DNA from: Lytechinus pictus
Taxonomy: Eukaryota
Direction: 5' to 3'
Length of the DNA stretch: 64,000 bases
Assembly (NCBI RefSeq): GCF_037042905.1
Contig: NC_087251.1
Span: 22,756,001-22,820,000, forward strand
Part shown: piece after piece, positions 1-14,100 of the stretch
How the letters are laid out: every line of letters begins with the position of its first letter
Numbering within the stretch: position 1 is the stretch's first letter
Position numbers and translations under genes: made by a program
The notes under the pieces: model-generated
What the model was told of the DNA's origin: nothing
Seen by the model: the letters and a program-made list of their open reading frames with translations, nothing else
Database searches by the model: none

Positions 1-851
1 ATGTGTATGTTTATTCATTTGCACCTATTTAAGGTTGTTAAAAAAATTGTTAAGTTACTCCTAGGGAAAAATATATCTCAATTTGTATTGTTTGTACTTT
101 GTAGATAATATACAATGTCATTGTATTTCTTTTATTTGTTGGAAATGCAATAAACACAAATTTGAAATTGCATTTGAATGACAGAGAAAGTGGTATAGTG
201 CCATCTATGGGTTGGGGGGATACATGTTGCATGGGGAGGGGGATATTCATTTGTCAAATCATGGTATTTATTTATGATTTATTATTATAGTTCAAAAATA
301 TTAATTTTGTTTTAAATTAAGAGAAAATGTAGTAATATAAGATAAAGTTTTAGTTTAAACAATAATGAAATGCTTGACAAGATAACATATGACATGTATA
401 TGAGCTGCATTGGATGAAAATATACTGTAGTAATATGAGGGAAGTGGGTGTTTGACATATTATGCAAGGGAAGGTCAAAGCCAGAATTTTTAAATAAGTC
501 CATTTATGCAACTTCTTGGCATTTCCGGGGCCATTTCAATTTCCTAATGTTCACCCGTCAAAATGATGTACTTGGTAAATAAATCATGGACTTAGTACCA
601 GTTAAAATATATTTTGAATAAAATTGAAAATTACTATCTGTTTTTATAATTGGCATTTTCTCTTTCTTTCTTTCTCTCTGTCTTTCTTTCTTGTTTCTTT
701 CCTTCCATCCTTCCTTCCTTTTTCCTATGTATTTTCTTCAACAGTTTAAAGTATTAACAATAGTTACTGAATGTTTTATCAGAATTTTAACTTGAATGCA
801 CAGAAAAGTATGCAGCACTGTACATTCATTTACAAGGTGTAGAGTTCATAG

Positions 852-1160
852 TGGGCACGTCGTGGTCTATAGTGGTTCTGACTTTCGCCTTTCAAACAGA
901 GGGTCGCGGGTACGAATCCCAGCCATGGCGTGTTTTCCTTCAGCAAGAAATTTATTCACACTGCTGCACCCAATCCAGGTGAGGTGAATGGGTACCCAGT
1001 AGGAAAAAATTCCTCGAATGCTTGAGTACCCGGTCAAGGTTGCCATGCTAAAGCCGGGGTGATGATAACATTATATCATGTTAAGCAGGGCCTGCTGGTA
1101 GAACAGTTTTCGGAACTGAAGTGGCTACCCTTGGTAAAATTGTGTCATTATTATTATTGT
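852..1160 (+). mobile_element. tRNA-derived SINE
   Basis: A-box-like GTGGTCTATAGTGG and B-box-like GGTACGAATCCC, central TCCTTCAGCAAG...CCAGGTGAGGTGAATGGGTACC domain, (TTA)n tail. Confidence 0.8.
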
Positions 1161-1984
1161 AGGCCCAGTTCATGGCAGAAGTTGGAATGCCCCGTATCCG
1201 CATTTCTATTTTCTAGTACACCTGAAGTACCAATTCTCATAAAGAAAAGTGTCTTTTCTCTTCTATGAGATGCATATGTTATATTTTATAAGTTCCTGTT
1301 ATCTTGTGCTATTCGGGTCAAGAGTCAGTTTACCAAAGGAAGTGTCCAAGGTGATGCCAGGAAATTTCAATAGGGGAGGGGCAAAACAATCTAAATATGG
1401 CGTCATAGTTTTCTGAATTCAATTATTATTTTTATTCTGAATTAAACGGTAAATACAGATTTACACGGCCAAAAGCTTTTCTTGTTTTTCTTGTTAGGTC
1501 AATGTATACTCTTCTTCATCTCTGCCATTCTTTTCCCCTTCTTTCTTCATGTGTTCATTTGAGTTATGTCATTACTCTCCTTGAAGAATCACAATTTTAG
1601 CTTTCAAAGTCCATAATTTTGCAAGAGAGTGGAGCAGGCAAGCACATATTTTTCAGGATATTTGTTTTCAGAATATTATTGTGTTTTGGTTGTATGTATA
1701 AATCTATACATGGGGAGAAGGCCTATACACATGAAAATCCCGGGAATCGCTATTACTCCTTGAAAACCTTGAAAACTTATTATGAAAATCATGATTTCCC
1801 ATTATCTTGTGAAGTTGTTCTATTCGAATCACCGCTGCAACTGCAGTTCGTAAGTGGGGGAAGCCCCTTGCTTTTATGATGGGGGAAAGTTTGTTGAACC
1901 ACAACATCGACACACAGTTACTTTACATGGCACACACTTCTTTAGCTGCTCAAAAATCACACACACATATTGGTACACAGGCAA

Positions 1985-2500
1985 GCAAGCTGCGCTGCAT
2001 TTGGCTGCATATAGCGCATCGATATGCATAAGCGCATGCATGCTGCTGGCTCGGCCGCGCCGCCGCCGTATCGTACGGTATACCGTATTTTAGTATGAAC
2101 TAGTAGTAGTACGCGTAGATCGGAACAACGGAGTGCTGTGCGAAGATGACAAGGGAAAGTCATACCCGAGACATTCTCTAATTCTTGGACTGGCCTCTTG
2201 AGTTTCAACGATATTTCAGGTAAAATATTGAGAATAATACTTTTGTAAATGATAAAGTGATAGCTCTAAATTATCGGTCGCTAGCTCGACTCAAAGACAT
2301 AATTATGACACAGAACCGCGTACCGCAGGCAGAGGCGCGGCGAGGGTGCGAGACAGCTTCAGTGGCAGTGCAGTGTACCGCTCAGCTCCCGAGCGCGAGA
2401 GCTAGCGTTAGGCCCAGATTGATTTGGGTGTGGAACGTCTCAGCTAGCCACTGCAGCATGCAGTGCACGTGCATCAAACTTGACTGTAGCTGCTAGCTGT
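1985..2500 (+). promoter_or_regulatory. CpG-rich putative promoter / non-coding first exon of the START gene
   Basis: Local CpG enrichment in a CpG-poor background; candidate donor CAG|GTAAAA at 2220; lies upstream of the acceptor at 7677. Confidence 0.5.
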
Positions 2501-3782
2501 CATGACTGTAGTCTAGTACTGGCTACCTCAGCTGTCCCGTCCCATCTCGTCTGCTTTCATGCATTAGGTCTAACTTTGTCTAAATCTACGTCTCAGTCAC
2601 AGCTGCGACTGCTTAGATCTATTATTATGCTGCGCTAAAAAACAAAACCTGCAGCCACACTTTGCTTTTGTTGTCTTTGAGTCGAAAATAAACGGCCAGA
2701 CATAACAAAGTCATAAGGCATGGCATAGACTTTAACTTAGACTCTAGTACTAGATCTAGTCTAAGACTAAATAGTAGATAATACCCTACCTCAAGTGATG
2801 TTCGTGCAGGCTCCACTTCACTGCCGCTACACTACGCTCCACCTATACTCAGAGTGGCAAAGGTGGGAAAAAAAGGATATTTATCGTAAAAATTATATGA
2901 AAAAAATACATCAAGAATGAATAAAAGCTTAATTTCTTACTCTACACCCTTATTTCTCTCCGGTTATCATCAAAATTTGTGATTTTGGGCCAGTATCTAA
3001 TTCCTCACGCGTATTATTCACGGCCGATTTCAAAACATCGCATGTGCATGCTCGAGGGTCACAGGTCAAACAGCATGAATATTTATATTATATTGGATGG
3101 CTCATGGAATTCCAGAAATATTCCCTGGGAAAATATTCTGGAATCAATTAGCTATTTTGTTACCGCAGATTTTTTTTTGTTTCATTCATCATATATCAAT
3201 TAAGTTAGCACAATTTTCATTGATTGAAATTAATCTCAGCCAAAAAAAATAATGATTATGAAAATGAAATGAAAAGAAATAAATGATTTAGCAGGTTTAG
3301 TAACATCTTAGTTTTGTATCACACTTTTTTGTTGTTTGCTGAACGTTATAAACATGTTTCTTTACCATACATAATTTCTTTTTGAGAAATTTGTTTTCAT
3401 GTTTATCTAATGATAGAGCATGAGGGGTCAGAGAGATTGCAGCCCATTTTGATATTTCAAGTTTGGTTGAAAAAAAAATGGACAAAAGGGGTGGGGAAAA
3501 GAGGGAGAAAAAAAAATTATATTGGCCCCCTATGGGCCAAGATTACCCCGGAGAAGTTAAAATGACATCCGTTTTGCCGTGAAATTGATGACAGCCTCCA
3601 TATAAAAATGACTTGGCGTCATCCCAGATAAAATGCATCAGAGTCAGGGTTGTAATAAAAAACGTTTTTAATTAAAAAAAACAAAACTTTTTTTATTGTT
3701 TTAAAACGTTTTAAATCGTTTTTTTCCAGCGAATGATGCAATTTTCCGTAAATCAATTAAACTATATTAAAGTCTGATTTAA

Positions 3783-5716
3783 AGGTCAAGTCCACCCCAG
3801 AAAAATGATGATGTGAATAAATAGAGAAAAATCAAACTAGCAAAACGCTAAAAAATTCATCAAAATCGGATGTAAAATAAGAAAGTTATGACATTTTAAA
3901 GTTTCGCTTATTTTTCGCAAAACAGTTATATGCACATCTCAGTGGCATGCAAATGAGACAGTCGATGATGTCCATCACTCACTATTTTTTTTGTTTTTTA
4001 TTGTTTGAAATATACAATATATCATTTTTTACAGATTTGGCAATAAGGAGCAACTTGACTGAACCATACAGTGCGTATAAAAAAAAACAGGACAGATTTG
4101 AAGTCTATAATTTTTTTTTTTCAAATTATGATCTCTATATTTTGGTGTCAATAGGTGCTCTGAGGTCTTATCCTTCAAATGCCTTCAAATACCATCAAAA
4201 TAATTTAGTTTTGTTCATGCTTGAGCGAACACGGAATGTTTTTGTCGGGTTAAAAAGGAGGCTTGCGCCAAAATGGCATAAAATGATAAATATGATGGTC
4301 GGACTTCTTGCTAATCAGCAGACTTCCTCTTAACCTTTTCATTATCTTTGCCATAATTTTCGAATTATGCAGTCAAAATTCATTTCCAAATCTACTTATT
4401 TGCTTGAAAAGTTCTGTTGTGCGTATTTAATGTTCTCTTTCAGCTTTGAATATTCCTTCTCTAAGCAAAAACATTTTTTTTTTCAACCGAAGTATGGGAG
4501 AGCGTCAATTTTTTTTCAAATCCTTTCATTGTGTGCTACAAAGGTTATGGTGCCTTTGAACAGTGGCATACTGAAAAAAAAAAAAAAATCATGACCAAGA
4601 AAAAAAGCGAAAAGGAAAATCACAGAAAACATAGAAAGTGAAATATGATATAATTTTCTGAATATTATGTCAAAATCACAAAATTTGATATTTTAATAAA
4701 AAAAGTGGAAATGTTTTGCTTGCTCGCTTCACAACTTTTTTACATTTTACCCGATCTGCCTTATCTTGCTCCTTCAAAATCGACTCAATAGGCTACACCA
4801 TTGCCATTGAAAGACATGAATCCTTTCCTGTTTGTCCTGCCAAGCACAAAATTAAACTTGAAGGATTCAATAACCCCTTGAAAATAGGATTCATGTCTTT
4901 TATAGGTGCCATAACATAATTTGTTTCACATAATAAAAGGATTTGAATGATTACAAATTCTCCCACTTAATAATGCAAGTCTTCTTACTTGGGTTGACAA
5001 AGTCTTCTTTTCTTACTTATGAAGGAAAATTCAAAGGTAAAAGAAGTTTAAATGAAAAACAAAATAATTCAGGTAAATAGATAAATTTGTAAATGAAATT
5101 TGACAGCATAATTTGAAAATAATGGCATAGATAATGACAAGATTAAGAGGAAGTCTGCTGATTGGCCAAAAGTCTAATAATCAAATTTCTCATTTCTGCC
5201 ATTTTGGCGCAAGTCTCTTTTTGAACCCCCGACAAAAACGTCCCATGTTCGCTCAAGCATGAATAAAATATATTTTTTTAAATTGCATTTCAAAGATAAG
5301 ATATCAGAGCATCTATTAACATCAAAATATAGATATAATAATTTGAAACAAATTTTCTATAGACTTTTCAAAACTGTCCTGTTTTTTTTTATACGCACTG
5401 TAGTATTAAAACAAAACAATGGTAATTCAACATGTTCAGGAAGGAAAAAAAATTTTGTTTCACTTTACAATGAGGAGAAAATTAGTATATTTCATATAAT
5501 AAGATACAAAAGAAATAGTGAGTGGATGACGTCATCAGTGTCCTCATTTACATACCGATCAGGGTGTGCACATAACTGTTTGCGAAATTAAGGGAAACTT
5601 TAAAATGTCATAACTTTCTTATTTTACAACCGATTTTGATGAAATTTTCAGTGTTATGCTTGTTGGATTTTTCTTTTTTTATTCAAATCAACTAATGGTT
5701 AGGGTGGACTTGTCCT
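3783..5716. mobile_element. Kolobok-like MITE (TTAA TSD), interrupted by a Tc1/mariner-like element
   Basis: TTAA|AGGTCAAGTCCACCC...GGGTGGACTTGTCCT|TTAA; long imperfect inverted arms; partial paralog at 17577-17964. Confidence 0.8.
4069..5400. mobile_element. Non-autonomous Tc1/mariner-like element
   Basis: TA|CAGTGCGTATAAAAAAAAACAGGACAG...CTGTCCTGTTTTTTTTTATACGCACTG|TA; imperfect inverted arms of about 250 bp. Confidence 0.85.
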
Positions 5717-7954
5717 TTAAGCTCTTGATGTTTTGAATATATTTTGGGAGTAAATAAGAGAAGACTACAATTTTTTTTACTGAATTTCCAACAGAAAAAA
5801 AAAAAACTAAATCATGGAAATTAAATGCCCCCCCCCCAAAAAAAAAAACCCTCTAAAGTTGACATTTTATAAGTTCATTCCTTATACATGTAGTCTCGGG
5901 GTATATTGAGTCTTGTCAATCTAGCGGGGGGGGGGGGGGGGGCAAGAAGAATTTGCACAATGGAAGAAAATGACATACTGTAATCTATGGGGTTTCAAAG
6001 CTTAATTTAATTAAATCAAGAAATGCTTTGTTTCATTTGAATCAATTATGCCAATTTTAGTTAAATCTATAAACAAAGTCCTTGAACTGCATATTTTTAA
6101 TTGGAGGAATTTAGATCAAATGCATATCTTTTTTTTTTTAATGGAAATTATTGGCAATAATAAACAAAAAGTACAAATGATACAAATTTTGGTGAGAATT
6201 TACAATTGGCTTTATGCATGAATCACATTCTTGAGTAATTCGGGGTCTGACATGCACTTGTGTAATATCATAACTGCATACCCATGCATGCATGGGTATG
6301 CGGTCTTGAATGATATGGCATGGCCCTGTCATGTTTATAGATTTATCATATAAATTTTTGAGGGGGCCATTGGGGTCCACTGGAATTGTTAGGGTTAAGG
6401 TTTGCTAGCTGGTTATCTTATACTGTTTAAAGTACTTTTCTTCATCTTTACAAAGCGCAAAGTTTCACATGCTTTCGTGTGTACCTCAAGTGTACGATGT
6501 CAGATTCACAATCTATTAATCGTCGCCTTCCAGCACAAAGGCCGTTAGTGCACACTGCGCGTCGCTTTCCCGCACAAAGGTCAGCGTGTCTTGCACGACG
6601 CCTTCCCGCAGAAAGGCCGTTAGCGTGCAGTTAACAGTGCGCGCTAACGGCCTTTATGCAGGAAGGCGACGCGCAGTGCCCTTATTCGTAAAATATTATT
6701 ATGCTTGTGCAACACTTCCATTTCATTAAAGTACTACTATGTATTTGAGCTTATTTTAAATAGTTTTTCTTTCCCTGTCCAAAACGTTAGCACAACACTC
6801 AGATATGTTTGTTAAAATGAGAATATTCGAAATATGGATTGATGTACACAATTGAACTGGGAAGAAAGGAACATGACAAAGCATTGGAAAAGGGGAGAAT
6901 AAAGGGGGAAAGAGAAAGAGGAGAAAAGTAGTGGTGTTGAGAAAGATTTTTAATTAGTTAGAAGAATTAATACACCACTTCAGAAATAAAAGTATGAAAA
7001 AAACATTCATCTAAAATTACATCCATGCAAATTTACAACACACAAGCCTATACCCATGTTTTTTTGTAAAAACATTTTTTTGTAAAAAAAACGGGTGTTT
7101 TAAAATGTGTTTTAAAACATGTTTTAAAACACACCGTTTAAAACATGCCAACCCTGATCAAAGTGCAATCGAATGACCCCGAAAATGTTTAAAGGTGATA
7201 TGTCAGTGTGGCTTACCGTAAACGCATTTTCTCTCAATGCCGACGGTGGCAGGCGGTGTGCAAAAAAGATCATGCCTACGTAGGACATGTCTGGAGGTGT
7301 CTTTCCAAGGACCATTCTTCGTATCGCCCAAATCGGCTTTGTGAAACAGTCGAGCGATATCTCGTTCTTACGTAGAACGGTTCTACCAGGGAAGTGTTAT
7401 AGAAAAGACCCTTACATGCAACAGGCCCCTGAAGTACCAATTCTCATAAAGAAAATTTTTCTTCTATGATATGCGTATGTTATATTTTATAAGTTCCTGT
7501 CATTTTGTGTTCATGTTTCTGACATAAAATTTGGATTTTAGTAAAGTCTGCATTGTTTATGAGATTATTCTCGTGTGAGAAAAAGTTAGACTTTTTATAT
7601 CTTTCTTTGCCATCCATATGGTTTTGTTGAGCTTACATACGTATGCGTTTCTTTGTCTTCTTCCTTCATGTGTACAGAACAAATTGTGACTTGAAAAGAT
7701 TCAAATTCTCCTGTCAAAGAAGGCTGACTTATAAGACATGAACCTTGCATGAGTGCCCCAAAGCTCGACTGGGAGACTTAAAATTCAGACCTGGTATCAG
7801 TCGGATCAACCTGAAGGCTAAACAAATGCTGTAAGCAGTCCTCTGAATTTGCTGGCTCTTAGTGTTTGAGATTACACTGTAATTCTTCACTTGGAAGGCT
7901 AGGAGTAGGACAGACGTTAAACGGTAAAAGTGAGGAGAAACGAGGCTGATCAGG

Positions 7955-8110
7955 ATGACCAGTGTTGGGTCATCATCAGTGGTGTGGGAAGCTCTGGGAT
8001 GCCTGGCAGGCATTGACTGGATCGCTCTCTTCTTTTGGTGTCTTATCACTTTCTCCCTCTGCCTTGTATCCATTCTTCTGATCAGTTTATTCCTGCCTGT
8101 CACAATAAAG
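7955..8110 (+). CDS. START gene coding exon 1 (hydrophobic TM/signal anchor)
   Basis: ATG at 7955; WIALFFWCLITFSLCLVSILLISLFLPV; AAG|GTAAGT donor at 8111, phase 0; probable acceptor tgtacag| at 7677. The link to exon 2 is inferred from phase and strand. Confidence 0.7.
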
Positions 8111-11100
8111 GTAAGTCTTGGTACTTTTTTTTTAATTTTCCCAATAGTCATCTTTTCAGATATTGAAGGTACAATTACAATGTAGAAAACTATTAGAGTT
8201 GATAAAACATCAGGTCTTTGTCATTTGGCATTTACATAAAATACATTTACATTGTAGGATGCCATTGTAATAACTGGCATGTATGTGCAATTTCTTATTC
8301 ATACATTTCCGATAGGGTCTCACAATTGATTGAATTCTATGGTATATTGATACTAATATTGTGCTAGGTTAGTAGATGTACATATATGTACTATGTAGAC
8401 CTACGAGTTACTGCTAACTCATTGATTTTGAGTTCATTAACACCTTTTTTTTCCATGAAGGAGAAAGATGAACCAGACATGCCTTTTGCCCCTTGCTATG
8501 TTAAAGCAAGTTTATTCCTTTTGAAAACACATTTTCACTATCAGAAGTCTCACAAATTATATTTCACTCCTGTAACTCATGTTCACATGTATGCACTAAA
8601 TCTTCATATAAGTGAATGAGCCAAGGCTAAAGAGTACCGGTAGATGGAGAACAGTAGATGTAGCTTTTCAATACATTATCATGTCTAAAGTCTATAAACT
8701 TTTTTTTGTAAAGGTTCATTTAAAGGCACATTGTCAGCAGGGGGTTTTATGTAGAATGTGACACCATTCATATTTCAATCACCCATAGTAGAACAGCATT
8801 TATAACCTGTTGATGTTGTGTAATGTCACTGGAAGTTGCCTTATGGTATTAAAGTCATCATTCATTATCTCACTTTTCCTGGCCTGACAGGACAGTTGTC
8901 CGAAGCTATTAAGCAGGCTTGGCTGGATAATTTCTTGCTGGTACATCGAATTTGCTCCCCCCCCCCCCCCAAGAAGTCTAGATCAAGATGCTTCAAAGGC
9001 TTTTCACAAAGTGATATAAAAAAGGAGCTACATACATCAGTATGCTGACGGATAAATTAGGTCTCAAATTCTTCTGTTGTCTAAATATACATGTATGATG
9101 AAATCTTCAATGTCCAGTAGAATTAAAATGTTACCAACTATCAGTTCCCAGTCTGCTCAGTGCTCTCATGTTTTTTTTTTTGGTGGGGAGCTTCCCACAT
9201 TTAATATGCACACAGATCACTCACATATATTTGCTGTAATGGAAATCTTTTTGGTTCTCCATACAATTGGCTTTTTAAAAGACCCAAACAGTACAAGATT
9301 CAATGTTTATATTTTGCATATTTCAGCCATTTCTGAACTAATTTTTCTCAAACAAATGGTACCCATGTTTGTAATTTCCGATCTTCATGTAACATCAGTT
9401 GTCATTTTCATTGTAGATGACAAGTAGTGTAGTTAAAAATATCCACAGTGCCACCTTTTCCTCTACTCAACATTATTTTTTGACAAGTCAAGACTCAAGA
9501 GCCTCTTTCAGATTGTGGACAAAGCTCAACAACTTTTTGTTTTATTGCACATGGACATGGTGAAATACATATTATTGATAAAGGAGCAGTATAGACCGTC
9601 ATCAATTCTTAACATTATTCAAAGGTGTATATCATGGCTAGCCTGTGATGTCTAGCCATGATTGTCTGATGTCATGATATGGTGAAATCTAAGCCTTAAG
9701 GATTATCATGTTAAGAAACATTGTCGGCAACATTTTACCTGTACTGGTGTGGTCATCATTACCCAACTTAAATATCTATTGATATTGATTATACGAGTAT
9801 TATGTTTATTTGATATGTGTACACAAAATTTTCCAAGAGCTCAACAGAAGTATCAATAGGTGGTTTCAGACTGCCTCAAAGTTTGTCAGTTCCAGTTATT
9901 TTCTGATCAGGAAATTTACCCCTATCACAAAATACAGGGTAATTTGGCAGTGTAAAAGCAAATTACGCGTAATCTCCCCGAAAGAACATAGCAACCCGCT
10001 AAATAGTAGGTACATGTAGGCTACTTGTCAAAATTACAAGAACTTTCGCTGGGATTTTTCCAAGGTCGCAGGTATTTTGGCAGTGTGAAAGCAAATTACG
10101 AGAACTTTTAGCCCAGCGCGTAGTTGGGCGTGGGCGCTGTGGGTGGCTGCTGAGCTAGCGATTTTGAATCTTGTACCTTGATGCTCTTCACTATCAGACC
10201 ATACTGCAAACACTCGTAACTTGAGGAACTTATTCCGAAGGGTGTGATGTGAATGTGGGAATAATTAAAGTTCTGTATTTTTAGCCTGAAAAAGTACTTG
10301 TAATTTTAATGGAGATTCTTGTAACCGAGGCAGTTTGAAACCACCTAATTGCATGTACTCAAGTGCTCATAATAATCCACTTTCATTCATCCACTTCATG
10401 GTGTTTACAGAGAAGTGAAAGTTGATCAATCACAGCACTGGATTCTCACAATATCCTGGTATCGTGTAGCTCAAAACTTGGATCCATTGTCAGCAGTGTA
10501 ATCGATCCGAAAATGAAATTCACTGAATATGGTGTTGGTTATCAGCCTTGTCCTTGAATGTGATTCTGATATTTTACTCACAGGTTCCAGCAAATTTCAG
10601 TGTACATGTACTGTACATTAAATCGACATGTATGTCCCTCACTTTTATTATATACCATTGTTTTGGAAATCAACCCCTAACTTTAAAATCATACAGCATG
10701 CAACTTGATTTTCAATCATCCAAACAAACATTTAGGAGTTGCAAATGATTTTGTGAGTTGTAATTAATTACATTTTTTTATGCAAGTTCCCATGCTGTCT
10801 GCAGGCACAGACCTTTGGGTTTTCACAATTCGCATAGTGCATTTATAATGCAGAGTCTGAAGTAGTGAGACTAGATTCACTTTGTACTGTGACTGGCTCT
10901 TTGGCTGCGTTTATGCGACCTCAAGCCAGAATCATGATTTGAATCATGATTTGAATCATTATTCAAAGATTCAAAACACAAACATGAATCACAATATCAC
11001 AGAATCAGCGTTTAGACGACCTTCATTCCAATGCTGTTTCTCCTCAGATTCGGGCCAATCCAGTGCGCAGTTTGACAGAGGAAGTTTTTCGCACGTGTGT

Positions 11101-14100
11101 TTCGGCTCTCGAAAAATCTTTTGCTTCCAGAATTCAGTCTATACCTCATTTTGTTTACTTTTATCATATAGGGTCCATATGCTTCTATTCATCTTGTTAG
11201 TTTATCCAAAATGGTGTTCGGAAGTGAATTTCAGCGTAGATCCAATTTAATATTGATACTCTATATACTCAACAACAACTGAGATCATTGTCTGTCCAGT
11301 TAATTCATTTACTAGAACTTGAAGTTGAAGACATGACCAAAAAGTGAAAAGTAGTGGACGATGCGATGACCAACACAGAACTTGAACATGACAAGAAATG
11401 CATGCGTAGTACATAATCATGTACATACAATGAGCAAATAGAGCGCCTTGAGCTTGGCAAGAGTCAAACCGACAGTAGCCCGACACAACAGTGAGGTCAT
11501 AGAATCATGATTGTAATCACGATATCGTTTATTCGAACATTTTCGTACGTGATTCTGCAGAGACGTCTTTCCAAACGCCCCTTTTTTTGTGTTTCATGTT
11601 TGTGATTCTAATCATGATTATATTCAATTTCGACTAAACGCAGTCGTGATTCTAGGGTAAAAAAGTGGCGGATAAACGCACCCTTTGACACATGCAGAGA
11701 GTTTATTCTTCACTCTAGACTGGTGTAATTGGATGAAGTGTCAAAGAGTCTGTGCTTGCAGAGTTCTCCTGTGTACCTTTCAGTTTCATACTTGACACTT
11801 TCCCCCTTCACTGGCGAAGTTCACTAGGAAAAGCGCAGTATGAAAAGGGTATTAGGAGATTTCAACTGGCTGTAAGTAAGCCTCAAGGTCAGGGTACATG
11901 TAGTCTTCCATGTAAGCATGCTTCATTAAGCATCTACACCAGCAGCAGAATTTATAATGCACGCGATGACTAGACAGCTACTCATCATGTTTGCACTTTT
12001 CAGGAAAGATCCATGGGTGGTATTCCAAGTATTGATATTTTTATTTTTTATATGTATTAGCATTGTAAATCCATGATGTTTTATGCCTACATTTACAAAT
12101 TAGCGTGTTTCTCCAGAGAAAAATGAGAAGTTAGTCTGACCCAGTTTAAAGTGAAAGAAGGCTGAGTTGAGCAAAAGGCCAAATGCCTCAATTTGCCTGT
12201 GCATTTGGCCCAGCTCTGGAGTTTGTCTCAGCCATGGCTTGACCTGGCCTTTTTATTGTAAATGTGCTTATAATGTACTGAATGTGGCTTCGCCTCCAGG
12301 GGGCTACACCAGTACACTGTGACCTTGTGGATGTAGAGCGCCACTATGACAGAATGTAAAAAGGGGGAGGGAGCAGGGGAAAAGAATCTAAAGAAAATTT
12401 GAATGTAATTTCATGTTTATCAAAATTATTCTGTGAATTGAATAACTAACAAAGATGAAATATTGTTTATTTTTAATACTCTTTATTTTATCAAATTTCA
12501 GATTTAGGCCTATCTATGGTTCTAACTTCTATGCTTCATGCAATGAACAATTTTTACAATTTTTTGTCAGGTCAGGATAGTATTATACTGTATATGCAGG
12601 CTTTCTATTTGGAGGTACAGTATGCATTCTGTTGGGGATGAAGTTCTTGAATCTATTTTCATTTCTTGACTTCACAAATATATGCATTTCGAGGATTTGA
12701 AAGGATAAGGAAAAAGTGGAAGGGAAAGTTGTTTACCAAACACTAAAGACCAAGCTCAAGCTGGGCAGGTGATTGTAACACCCCAAGACTCTTTGCTATG
12801 GCATTCCTGTAGTGACAGTATACACCAAAAAGTTTGTTGACCTGGCAGAGGGTTTGTCCATGGTGAATTTGAGGACCAGTTCTTTGATAGGGGGAAATAG
12901 ATCTTTGAATTTTCATGAGTGGTGCTGTAGTGTACCGTAATGTGCTGTACATGTAATTTGAATAGCATTAATTGCTTTCTCTTTTCTTTTCTGTTCAAAA
13001 TGAATGATCCCAAATGGATTTTAGAATTTCCCCCAAATATCCTGAAGTTATGCAAATGGACTCTGATTATTCTTTTTTTTTCTTTCAAGTTTCAATGACT
13101 TTTTGGGAAAGTTTCCAAACCTTTATTTTGCAATTTTACCATTCAAACTTCTGCTTGCTTTACAAGCCAAGAAAATACAGGCAAAGACCTATCTTTTAAC
13201 TTTTAACTCTCTGCATGCCATTTGTAAGTATCCTTGAAATCTTAGAAGTTTTCAATTCTTGTTATTGTCCACAAAAACCTACTAAAAAATCAAGAGAAAA
13301 AGGAGCACCGACTTGCTTTTTTGTCTCTCAGCAAACTTTTGAAAAGGCATGCTTGAATTTACTATCAGAACTTTATTTTGGGAGTGTGCTCTGTACCTAC
13401 AGGAATTCAAGTTTAAAAAGTGTGTTCATCCCAAGTATTGGCACCGTTTCAAGTTTATGCAGGAAAGTTTGCTGACCTCTTTGTACTGTGGGGGGTGCAG
13501 TTTTTTATAGTGTTTTGATTGGTCAGAAGGTTTGACCTATTGTGTATGTTCAAAGAGTGAAATCCTAGTAAATAATTTTTTTTTCTAAAGCCGAGAAAAA
13601 AACAATCCAAGGAGCACCTCTATTGTGACAGTCAGAAGGAAAATGTACATTATTGGTAGGGTGAATACAGCCATTCTTAGAAAGAGCCTGGGACGAAAGC
13701 ACTCTTTGTTAATTCAACAATAAAAGAAAGCCTTCTACTACTATTGATTTCTATTATTTACATGTAGGTCCAGGGACAGTGGTACATGTAAAGGTCAGTG
13801 GTTGGGATATATACATGTAGGCCTTTGTAATATGGTTCCTTTATAGTGCTTTTCAATTCCAAACAAATGTAGAGAAACAAAGTCTATTGACAAGAAATGA
13901 TGTTATTGTACCTTCAAAATCAAGATTGCTGATAAGCCAGCACTTACAATGTATGAAAAAAATTAAACCTTGATACCGGTACCATAGAATTTGATCGATT
14001 AATGAATGGCGAAACTTTAAATAAAAAAAAAATAGATTGAAAGGTCATTAGGATTCTGTGAAGTCTTCTTTTATCATGACCATTCTCTATCCACAGTACA

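Larger units (their letters stand above)
3645..7156. mobile_element. Non-autonomous hAT-like element (hosts nested insertions)
   Basis: TIR CAGGGTTG/CAACCCTG; 8-bp TSD ATCAGAGT (3637-3644) vs ATCAAAGT (7157-7164), 7/8 match; AAAAC-rich subterminal repeats at both ends. Confidence 0.75.

Noticed and set aside
852..925. tRNA gene
   Set aside because: The cloverleaf is degenerate and runs into a SINE body with a (TTA)n tail.
3947..5591. 128-aa and 110-aa ORFs as transposase
   Set aside because: They cross nested MITE boundaries and show no DDE or HTH motifs.
7729..8151. 140-aa minus-strand ORF
   Set aside because: Antisense shadow of the hydrophobic exon 1; no recognisable domain.
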